A stretch of 33,566 nucleotides of DNA from Candidatus Jordarchaeia archaeon. Its GTDB lineage: Archaea; Asgardarchaeota; Jordiarchaeia; Jordiarchaeales; Jordiarchaeaceae. Under the pieces are notes generated by a model. The model was not told the DNA's origin and made no database searches. It was given only the letters and a program-made list of their open reading frames with translations. A program made the position numbers and the translations under genes. The stretch covers positions 1 to 33,566 of the forward strand of contig JAHQXB010000088.1 in NCBI GenBank assembly GCA_029856435.1, given 5' to 3'. This document shows, in pieces, positions 25,952 through 33,566 of this stretch (position 1 is the stretch's first letter; each line of letters opens with the position of its first letter).

Positions 25952-27157
25952 TCAGCAGACGGAAATGCGACCATAGGCTAAATCTTCCACAAATTTATGT
26001 AAATTATCAAATTCTGACCTAACCACCTCCTCAATATCCTTGGAAACAGCACTTAAACTCAACCCTGGTTCAAGAATGACTTGAACTGAGGCAATCATAG
26101 GCTCATTAATAGGTTTCCCTATCTGGCTAAGAAGCCATACATAGACTTCCTTTAATCCTAAAACCTTTTTATGAATCTCACTCGCTATTCTGTAACTCAA
26201 CAAATTGTATATTTTACCAACATGACTTACAGGATTTTTCCCCGCGGCAGCCTCTGAAGAAGTAGGCCTATTTAGCGGAATAACACCATTAACCCTATTT
26301 CCTCTACCCACTTGACCGCAATCTGCACCATCAGCCGAAGTCCCTAAAACCGTCAAGTACACCCCATTAACCCCCCTGCCTCTTACATCAAGAGCATTTA
26401 TAACTATATCAACATCATACATGTCTACCTTAGAGTTAACAAACTGCTTAATTTCTTCCAGAACTTCTCCCTTCTTTCTAAAATAATCTTCCTCAGAATC
26501 AATGAATCGATCTACAAAGGCCATCGCCACAATAATTTTAAGATTACTATCCTTCCTAAGTCCCATAATTTTAATATCCTCACCAGTCTCGGGAAAGGAC
26601 TTTTTAAACTCCTTAGAGTTGAGAAATCTCTCAGTTTCATATACTATCTTTTCAGTAGTACTCATCGGTGCAAACCCAACCGCAGCTGACGTGTCATTAG
26701 CACCAAGATACTTCCCTTTTCTCTCAAATATGTCAACTAGCGCCTGCGACCCCCTCTTAAGCTCAATCTGGTATTTTAAATGTTTTTCAGGGTCCACGAA
26801 CCTCATATTCTCTTTAAACCATTTCTTAGCAGAGTTAATTGTAATCTCCCTAACAGGAATCTCAACACCCCCCACTTCAAATGTAGCTCTGTCTCCAAAC
26901 ACCATAAGCATGGGTTTCTTAATTCTTCCCCCACCAAATTTGGTTTCCGTTTCACCCGCAGCAAGTAAACTCTTGTCCACGTTATGATGCATAATAGCAC
27001 CAAATTTCTCCATGTAAACCTTGGAAAGAGCTATGGAAACCTCATTCATAACAGAGTCACAAATAGTATCCGGATGGCCTACACCCTTACGCTCACATAT
27101 TTCCATCCTCTGCTCAAAAAGAGGTACCTGTTTCAACTCATCTACTATAATATTCAT
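25952..27157 (-). CDS. mat: Archaeal-type S-adenosylmethionine synthetase
   Basis: ERKGVGHPDTICD, HHNVDK, GANDTS, DIKIMGLR, GQVGRGNRVNG, EAAAGKNPVSHVGKIYN. ATG at 27157. Confidence 0.96.
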   Translation of the reverse strand: MNIIVDELKQVPLFEQRMEICERKGVGHPDTICDSVMNEVSIALSKVYMEKFGAIMHHNVDKSLLAAGETETKFGGGRIKKPMLMVFGDRATFEVGGVEIPVREITINSAKKWFKENMRFVDPEKHLKYQIELKRGSQALVDIFERKGKYLGANDTSAAVGFAPMSTTEKIVYETERFLNSKEFKKSFPETGEDIKIMGLRKDSNLKIIVAMAFVDRFIDSEEDYFRKKGEVLEEIKQFVNSKVDMYDVDIVINALDVRGRGVNGVYLTVLGTSADGADCGQVGRGNRVNGVIPLNRPTSSEAAAGKNPVSHVGKIYNLLSYRIASEIHKKVLGLKEVYVWLLSQIGKPINEPMIASVQVILEPGLSLSAVSKDIEEVVRSEFDNLHKFVEDLAYGRISVC

Positions 27158-27757
27158 AAACTTCCGCCTCCAAGGCTCTCTGAGAAAAATAGTCAACAAC
27201 ACCTAGAATAAATAAAATAAGGTTGGTATTTATGAACGTTTTTAACATATTCCTATGTTTCTTAATTAGGAAACACTCCTTATGAGGATCCATAATTCCT
27301 TGTATGACTTTTTTTGGCAATTCTGTTACTCATTCGCTTGAAGCGTTTTTGCGCTTTTTCACTAGGTGGGGTGCAGAATCTATCCATAAAAAAAGGGTTA
27401 ACTACATCTTTCTTCGATGAAACTAACATAAGTTAATGCGAAAAATTTAATGAATCGGAGAATGACAGGAATATTAGCAAGTTTTTTATGCCAAAATGCT
27501 TTTTTAAAAATAATCATTACTTTATTACTAGAAAAATTTATAATTTAAAATTTTAGAAAAATATAAAAATATTTTTAAAAAATTTTTAATTACTTTTACA
27601 AAAATACTTGTACTCAAAACACATTATCCCCAATCTCAATTACAAAACCAGGATAAGCCAACTCCCCTCCCTTATATCCTAAAACATGATAATTATAAAA
27701 CCATCGGCGAAAAAGCCCCCGACTTCTAGTCGCAGAGAGTGTCAATGTTTTTTCATA

Positions 27758-28807
27758 CTAAAGAAAATACAGCCTATAGTGTATAAGATCTCTTGCATAG
27801 TCAAAACAGTAATTCGCTATTTCTTCGAATCTAAAACATATATTCTCTAACAGAACAAGTAATCGCTTATCTATATCCTGTTCAATTATTTTTTGTGTGA
27901 ACTCATTTTTCAGTTTCGAAAATGTCCTAATCTCCTCCACTGTTACCAGCTTTTCCTCGGCGTCCTTTTCGAAGTAAGACAGGAATATCCTTTCAGAAAT
28001 TTTAGCAACCCTCTCTCCAACCTTCAAGAATGATGGAAGAATCTCCTCAGGGATTTCGGTTTCGCTTGAAAAAATTGTCTTTAATGTTTCAGATATCTTT
28101 ACCACATGATCCGCGATACTTTCAATTTTTTTAAAAATGACACTCCAAGTGACGCAGAGGGCATTATCCTCAATACCAATTTTCTTTGCAGCAACAACGT
28201 TTCTACTGCCAATTATAAGAAGTCTTCTCATCAATAAATACAAGCTATCAATTTCTTCATCCTGAGCAATTATGTCAGAAAGAGCTTCAAGATTTTTTTC
28301 TTTCAAAGCTTGAACCAAATCTTTTAGCATAAGAGAAATAAGTAGGCCAAGCCTTCTGGCAACCTCCTTCACATTAAAGCTGGATTGCTCAAAAAGATTT
28401 TTTATCTCCACTACTTTAGGAGACTCCGAAACTATCTGTAAACCGGATAAAGCATTCAGCGTATTCGTTATCACCTTTCTTTGAGTAGAATCAATATAGT
28501 CTCTTCTAGTAATTAATTTAAAATTATCATAACCCATGAGATAGTTTCCAATGATAACAGCTTCCAACTCATCCTTACTTAAATCATCAATCACTATTTC
28601 TGTAACTTCGGGAATAACGCCCATAAGGGAAGCCTTCTGATTCACGTATGATATCTCGAGAGTGCCCTCAGGGCTTTTATAAACAGCTAGTTTATCCCCT
28701 CTTTTTATTTTATTCTTGTCAACCCAATCCTTGGGTAACGAGATAACATATGATGATTTTCCCAAGGTTTGTATTTTGCGGAACTCTAAATTTTCATCCT
28801 TTTGCAT
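27758..28807 (-). CDS. Phosphate uptake regulator (N-terminal AbrB/SpoVT domain plus PhoU domains)
   Basis: RKIQTLGKSSYVISLPKDWV..GD.L; IIGNYLMGYD; DEEIDSLY..R; IESIADH; RFEEIANY. Confidence 0.9.
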   Translation of the reverse strand: MQKDENLEFRKIQTLGKSSYVISLPKDWVDKNKIKRGDKLAVYKSPEGTLEISYVNQKASLMGVIPEVTEIVIDDLSKDELEAVIIGNYLMGYDNFKLITRRDYIDSTQRKVITNTLNALSGLQIVSESPKVVEIKNLFEQSSFNVKEVARRLGLLISLMLKDLVQALKEKNLEALSDIIAQDEEIDSLYLLMRRLLIIGSRNVVAAKKIGIEDNALCVTWSVIFKKIESIADHVVKISETLKTIFSSETEIPEEILPSFLKVGERVAKISERIFLSYFEKDAEEKLVTVEEIRTFSKLKNEFTQKIIEQDIDKRLLVLLENICFRFEEIANYCFDYARDLIHYRLYFL

Positions 28808-29055
28808 AACACTACTATCCTTAATTATTGTGTGTTAACTGCTACACGCTCATACATATTAATGTAACTTGCTGTAATTTTTCGCTGAGATAGTATTTAT
28901 ATACTTATGCATATAAAATCGAAATAAATATATATTTGTGTATATATAAAATGGGAACAATATTTAGGTGAAAAGCCTTGCAGGTTGAATCCCTTTCCAC
29001 AAATACCATAGGAAGCATTCACGAAAAAAACTCCTATATCACTCATCTCCCCACG

Positions 29056-30051
29056 ATGGAAAGAATAACGATAAGGAGAATTAGAGTAGACCCTAAGAAA
29101 GTGAAGCCATTTGTGCTGGCAATAGGGAAAAACGGAAACGAGGTATATGGCACACCTAGGCATAAGTATGACTGGACAAAGAGTCAAGGTCCAAATTCTG
29201 GATGGGCAAATGTGGAGGAGTTAGCTCAGAGCATTAGCAGAGACGGTTTAATTCACATCCCTCTAGTCTGTTCCTTCCACAAGTTTGGGTATGGGGAAGA
29301 TCTTGTAGCGGTTCAGGGATGGAGGAGAATAAGAGCTTCTATTATGAATAAATATGATTATATTGAGGTTGATTACACGGATGATCTGTCTCCAGAAGAG
29401 GCGGAGATTCTAAGCTTTAAAGAGAATTACAACCGAGAGCAATTGTCAGACTCTGAAATTTCAGAGTTCCTGAATCGAGTTAGGAAGAGGCATCCCGACT
29501 GGACTTATGAAAAGATAGGGGAAGTTTATGGTCTGGGCGGTAAAAACCCAGGCAATAGGAGAAAAGTGGTTGAAAGCTACTTGTCACATTTTGACTTCTT
29601 AGAGCGGCACAGAAAAGATGTCCAACGGTTGGACATAAGCTTGAAAAAGTTATCCCGAAAAGCCATCATGCAAATACGCTCTGCGGCCAGGGAAATTGTG
29701 GGAGAAGCAGCGATGGAAGATTATGAAACACAGATCCTCGAAGCGTTTTCAAAAACTGAAGGCAAAATCTCAATAGGGCTACTTTGTAATACTCTACGCT
29801 CCCAGTTTAGGCGAGGATGCCCCATCAACCCAACTGAAGCAGTAGAACTAATACGGGAAAGCGGTGTACTATTGGGTGAGGGAAAAAATGCAAACAAATG
29901 CTACCTCAATCTTTTTATCCCCCCAGAAATAGCAAGTGCCTTAAAAAAATACGAATCAGCTAATTATCCTGATACCAAAAAGAAGGCAGCCCTAGCTTCA
30001 ATAATACTGGATATAATACAGAATTTCCTGAAACGAGAGGGCTACATTTAG
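29056..30051 (+). CDS. ParB/Srx-like N-terminal domain protein with HTH and possible C-terminal ribbon-helix-helix
   Basis: EELAQSI..DGLIHIPLV, QGWRRIRA (GxRRxxA box), ENYNREQLSDSE, HTH WTYEKIGEVYG; C-terminal YLNLFIPPEIASALKKY..LASIILDIIQNFL. ATG at 29056. Confidence 0.78.
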   Translation: MERITIRRIRVDPKKVKPFVLAIGKNGNEVYGTPRHKYDWTKSQGPNSGWANVEELAQSISRDGLIHIPLVCSFHKFGYGEDLVAVQGWRRIRASIMNKYDYIEVDYTDDLSPEEAEILSFKENYNREQLSDSEISEFLNRVRKRHPDWTYEKIGEVYGLGGKNPGNRRKVVESYLSHFDFLERHRKDVQRLDISLKKLSRKAIMQIRSAAREIVGEAAMEDYETQILEAFSKTEGKISIGLLCNTLRSQFRRGCPINPTEAVELIRESGVLLGEGKNANKCYLNLFIPPEIASALKKYESANYPDTKKKAALASIILDIIQNFLKREGYI

Positions 30052-30178
30052 AAACATTTCTGCAAACATCCTTTGTTTTTTGGAAAATGAAAAGTGTGAA
30101 AATCCCATGATTTTTTTTAAATAAACTTAATATTAGGATTGGAGCAAGAAGTTTGAAAAAAGTGGAGGCAAAATAAAT

Positions 30179-30868
30179 ATGTCAGAAAAACTAGTTATTG
30201 TTGAAAAGGAAGGCAACATTGCAATATTGACCTTAAACCGAGAAAAGAAAAGAAACGCTCTCTCTATAGAACTCAGGAAGCAATTAACAGAAATACTTGC
30301 TCAGTTGGCGAAGGATGATGAGGTGAAGGTAGTTATACTGACGGGGAAGGGTCCCGTTTTTTCTGCGGGTTTTGATACATCTGAATTTATGAGTCTAACT
30401 CCCGAAAATATGCAAGCATTCTTTGAGGCATCATGGCAGTATCACGTTGACGTAATGACTTTTCCCAAACCTCTAATAGCAGCACTTAATGGGCCGGCAC
30501 TAGCAGGAGGACTAGACTTAGCTCTAATGTGTGACTTTAGAATCTCCTCACAAAACGCATTTTTCCAACATCCAGAAATAAAATTCGGAGCCACACCACT
30601 TTATACACTCCTAAAACCAGTGGTAGGCGACGGGTTAGCTAGAGACCTATGCTTCACTGGAAGAAGAATCGATGCAGAAGAGGCACTGAGAATTGGACTG
30701 GTTAACAAATTGGTTCCACCAGACAAAGTTCTCCAAGAAGCCAAAGCCTACGCCCAACAGATATGTGAATCAAAACTGGAAACACTAATGGCGGTAAAGA
30801 AAATGTGCATCGCAGCCACAAACATGGAGGAATTCTCAAAAATATCAAAAGCCGCTTTAGGCGGTTAA
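30179..30868 (+). CDS. Enoyl-CoA hydratase/isomerase (crotonase) family protein
   Basis: LNREKKRNAL, FSAGFD, KPLIAALNGPALAGGLDLALMCDFRI, PEIKFG, GRRIDAEEALRIGLVN. Confidence 0.93.
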   Translation: MSEKLVIVEKEGNIAILTLNREKKRNALSIELRKQLTEILAQLAKDDEVKVVILTGKGPVFSAGFDTSEFMSLTPENMQAFFEASWQYHVDVMTFPKPLIAALNGPALAGGLDLALMCDFRISSQNAFFQHPEIKFGATPLYTLLKPVVGDGLARDLCFTGRRIDAEEALRIGLVNKLVPPDKVLQEAKAYAQQICESKLETLMAVKKMCIAATNMEEFSKISKAALGG

Positions 30869-31044
30869 AGGTATAAATCAAGCTGAAAGCAATCCAAATA
30901 TACAACTGTACCAGAAAAATCTGAACTTCAAATATAGAGTCGGCTTCTGCCAGTTCAGAGTTGTAACTAAAATCCACGGATAGGAAAAACATTTATACAT
31001 ATGAGTCACAAACAGCACACCACTTGCAATCAAGGAGGAAGTAA

Positions 31045-32091
31045 ATGATAAAGACTAAATTAACCGAAATGCTTGGAATAAAACATCCCATAATCCAGGC
31101 AGGTATGGGCCCTTACAACACAATGAAATTATCAGCAGCTGTTGCAAACGCCGGTGGATTAGGAATCATATCCAGCATAGGTATGGGAGTTGTGGCTCTC
31201 GGGTTTAAACCTCTTTTCGGTTTTGAAAATCTCACTCCCCGAGAGCAAATGCTCTCCTCAATAGAGAAGGTTAAAGAGCTAACTAAGACCTCGCAGGGAA
31301 TTTTTGGAATCAATGTGCCAGTAGCTGCGGAGTTCCAATCAGTAGCCGGCGAACTTATTAACGCAGCCCTAGAAGCTAGAGAGACAGATTCGGAGGTTGC
31401 AAAGAGGCTTAAAGTAATTATCACATCTGCGGGTAACCCTGAGCCCTATGTAGAGAGTATAAAAGAATCGGGAGCTTACCACTTCCACGTGGTACCATCT
31501 CCCTACCATGCTAAAAAGGTTGAAAAGATGGGTACAGATCTCGTTATCGCCTCAGGACATGAGGGAGGTGGACACGTAGCCTACGATCCAGTTCACACCA
31601 TGGTTTTGCTGCCTGAGGTTGTTCGTTCTGTTAAGATTCCAGTTGTGGGTGCTGGTGGTTTTTGTGACGGAGCCACTCTGGCTGCAGCTTTGGCTTTAGG
31701 CGCGGTGGGAATACAAATGGGCACAAGATTCATTGCAACTAAAGAAAGTGACTTTTTACCGAATTACAAGAATTTTGTAAGGGATATCAATGATGTCAGG
31801 AATACTGTGGTTGCTAAAGGTCTATTTGGGAATCTCAGGTATCTCAAAAACCCTGCAGTTTTGAAAATGCTAGAGTTAGCCAAGTCCGGTGCTCCGGAGG
31901 AAGAGCAAATTAAATTTGAGATTGAATCATTAGAGGCTATAGAAGCTGGTGATATTGAGAATTCCGCAATGCCAGGAGGCGAAGTTGCCGGCAGAATAAA
32001 GGATATTCCTTCAGTGAAGGAATTAATCGAGACGATTGTGAAAGAGGCGGAAGAAATTATAAGGGTCAAATTACCAAAATTGGCCGTATAA
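31045..32091 (+). CDS. Nitronate monooxygenase / FabK-like FMN-dependent oxidoreductase (second paralogue)
   Basis: HPIIQAGMG, TSAGNP, EGGGH, GAGGFCDG..LAAALALGAVGIQMGTRF, GEVAGRIKDIPSVKELIE. Confidence 0.92.
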   Translation: MIKTKLTEMLGIKHPIIQAGMGPYNTMKLSAAVANAGGLGIISSIGMGVVALGFKPLFGFENLTPREQMLSSIEKVKELTKTSQGIFGINVPVAAEFQSVAGELINAALEARETDSEVAKRLKVIITSAGNPEPYVESIKESGAYHFHVVPSPYHAKKVEKMGTDLVIASGHEGGGHVAYDPVHTMVLLPEVVRSVKIPVVGAGGFCDGATLAAALALGAVGIQMGTRFIATKESDFLPNYKNFVRDINDVRNTVVAKGLFGNLRYLKNPAVLKMLELAKSGAPEEEQIKFEIESLEAIEAGDIENSAMPGGEVAGRIKDIPSVKELIETIVKEAEEIIRVKLPKLAV

Positions 32092-32161
32092 AAACTTTTC
32101 ACCTTTTTTTGGGAATATTTTGATTCAAATACTTGCTGAGAGTTTCAGAAAAGAGGGTGTG

Positions 32162-32944
32162 ATGGGTATTAGTTTCAAATATATTCTTTTGGAGAAAGAT
32201 GACGGAACAGCAATAATTAGAATGAATAAGCCTGAAAAGTTGAACGCCATGCGAATAGAGATGCAGGAAGAAATCGTACAAGCTCTAAACAGCCTAACTT
32301 TAGATGAGTCCATAAAGGTGGTGATAATTACGGGTGTAGGCAAAGCCTTCAGTTCTGGAGGAGACATGGGGGATATGGAAACGGCGCACCAAATGCCCCC
32401 CTTCGAACTCAGAAAAACTTTGAATCAAAACTTGGCAGAAATAGTTAGAATTATTTGGAATATGGAAAAGCCCGTGATAGCTGCGGTTAACGGTGTAGCC
32501 ACTGGTGGAGCATGCAACTTAGCTATGGCCTGCGATATTGTGATAGCTTCAGATAAGGCACGTTTCGGGCAGATATTTCTCTCCATAGGCCTTATTCCCG
32601 ATGGCGGGGGAAGTTGGCTCCTACCCCGGCTTGTTGGTTTTCATAGAGCGGTTGAACTCATTTTCTCTGGAAGGTTAGTAGACGCCAAAGAGGCAGAGCA
32701 GCTGGGTTTGGTTAACAGAGTTGTACCAGCCGAAGAACTGGATAAGACAGTAAAGGAGTACGCTAATCTTCTTAAAATGTTTCCTTTAAGGGCGCTGGGA
32801 GCCACAAAAAAGGCAATACATAAAGGATTTAATATGACCCTTGAAGAAGCATTAGACTATGAGATGACCATGCAAACCTTATGCTTCCAAACAGAGGAAC
32901 ATAAAAAACGTGTTAAAGCATTCTCGGAGAGGAAAAAACAGTAG
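32162..32944 (+). CDS. Enoyl-CoA hydratase/isomerase (crotonase, PaaG-like) family protein
   Basis: NKPEKLNAM, FSSGGD, KPVIAAVNGVATGGACNLAMACD, IGLIPDGGGSWLLPRLVG. ATG at 32162. Confidence 0.93.
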   Translation: MGISFKYILLEKDDGTAIIRMNKPEKLNAMRIEMQEEIVQALNSLTLDESIKVVIITGVGKAFSSGGDMGDMETAHQMPPFELRKTLNQNLAEIVRIIWNMEKPVIAAVNGVATGGACNLAMACDIVIASDKARFGQIFLSIGLIPDGGGSWLLPRLVGFHRAVELIFSGRLVDAKEAEQLGLVNRVVPAEELDKTVKEYANLLKMFPLRALGATKKAIHKGFNMTLEEALDYEMTMQTLCFQTEEHKKRVKAFSERKKQ

Positions 32945-33047
32945 AATCACCATATTGAGGATATTCAGATAAAAAATATTTCAATAAAGGTTATATATTC
33001 GACCTCCAATCACGAAGGGACACATGGTTTGAGGAGTGTGAGATGTT

Positions 33048-33566
33048 ATGAACAAAATAGGTGCAATAGATTGCTGGGCAGGTGTTTTACCTCCAGAGCA
33101 AACAAAAAATTGGCCCCCTCAGTTTTTACACATTTTCCAAAGATATAAAACTCCCGAAAAAATGTACAAAGGATTCACACCCGAAGAAATGATTCAGGAA
33201 ATGGATGAAGCCGGAGTAGAGAAGGTAATACTATCCGCATTCGTATACAAAGAAATGAGAGTAGATAACGATTACATAGCGAAAGTCTGCGATAAGTTTC
33301 CAGACAGATTCATCGGCTGTGGAACAGTAGATCCACGTGACGGTATGAAGGCTGTGAGAGAAGTGGAAAGAATAGTAAACGACCTACATTTTAAAGCCAT
33401 CAAACTTGAACCCTACGCTTACGGCGATGAAATCGTGGGTCTTCCTCCCAACCACAAATATTACTATCCCATATATGCAAAATGTGTTGAGCTTGACATA
33501 CCCGTCACCATCCAAATAGGCCACACGGGTCCACTTTTGCCATCAGAATGCGCCAGGCCAATCTAC
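33048..33566 (+). CDS. Amidohydrolase_2 family protein, truncated by the window end (not in ORF track)
   Basis: Manual translation MNKIGAIDCWAG..EMDEAGVEKVILS..NDYIAKVCDKFPDRFIGCGTVDP..AVREVER..IKLEP..YYPIYAKCVELDIPVTIQIGHTGP; open to the end; GAGGAG RBS upstream. Confidence 0.88.
   Translation, partial: MNKIGAIDCWAGVLPPEQTKNWPPQFLHIFQRYKTPEKMYKGFTPEEMIQEMDEAGVEKVILSAFVYKEMRVDNDYIAKVCDKFPDRFIGCGTVDPRDGMKAVREVERIVNDLHFKAIKLEPYAYGDEIVGLPPNHKYYYPIYAKCVELDIPVTIQIGHTGPLLPSECARPIY

Noticed and set aside
27450-27620. Extremely AT-rich tract between mat and the PhoU-type regulator (possible unwinding element)
   Set aside because: There are no flanking ORB-like boxes or defined repeats; it is compatible with ordinary promoter/terminator DNA.

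Overview
Archaeal chromosomal DNA of low GC content. The gene content suggests an Asgard-like lineage (Roadblock/LC7 protein, C4HC3 RING-like protein, PAC2 chaperone, Cdc6 paralogue, archaeal SAM synthetase, CofE, crenarchaeal-loop-type EndA); this is an inference, not a taxonomic search result. The main result, absent from the ORF track, is at 1915-2108 (+): a tRNA-His(GUG) gene split by FOUR introns (positions 15/16, 37/38, 53/54, 59/60). Each intron has a 4-bp bulge-helix-bulge (BHB) core, there is a 6-nt micro-exon, and the gene lies about 160 bp downstream of the tRNA splicing endonuclease gene. The window also holds a ~2,860-aa protein built from ~75 copies of a 36-aa alpha-solenoid repeat with a recent 108-bp duplication, several structured intergenic elements, a missed 49-aa Cys-rich ORF, a FolP with a C-terminal accessory domain, an orphan ParB-like protein, and abrupt A/C-to-G/T strand-skew switches that ignore gene direction. 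I found no CRISPR array, rRNA or transposase. All RNA folds were paired by eye, and family assignments come from motif recognition without database searches.
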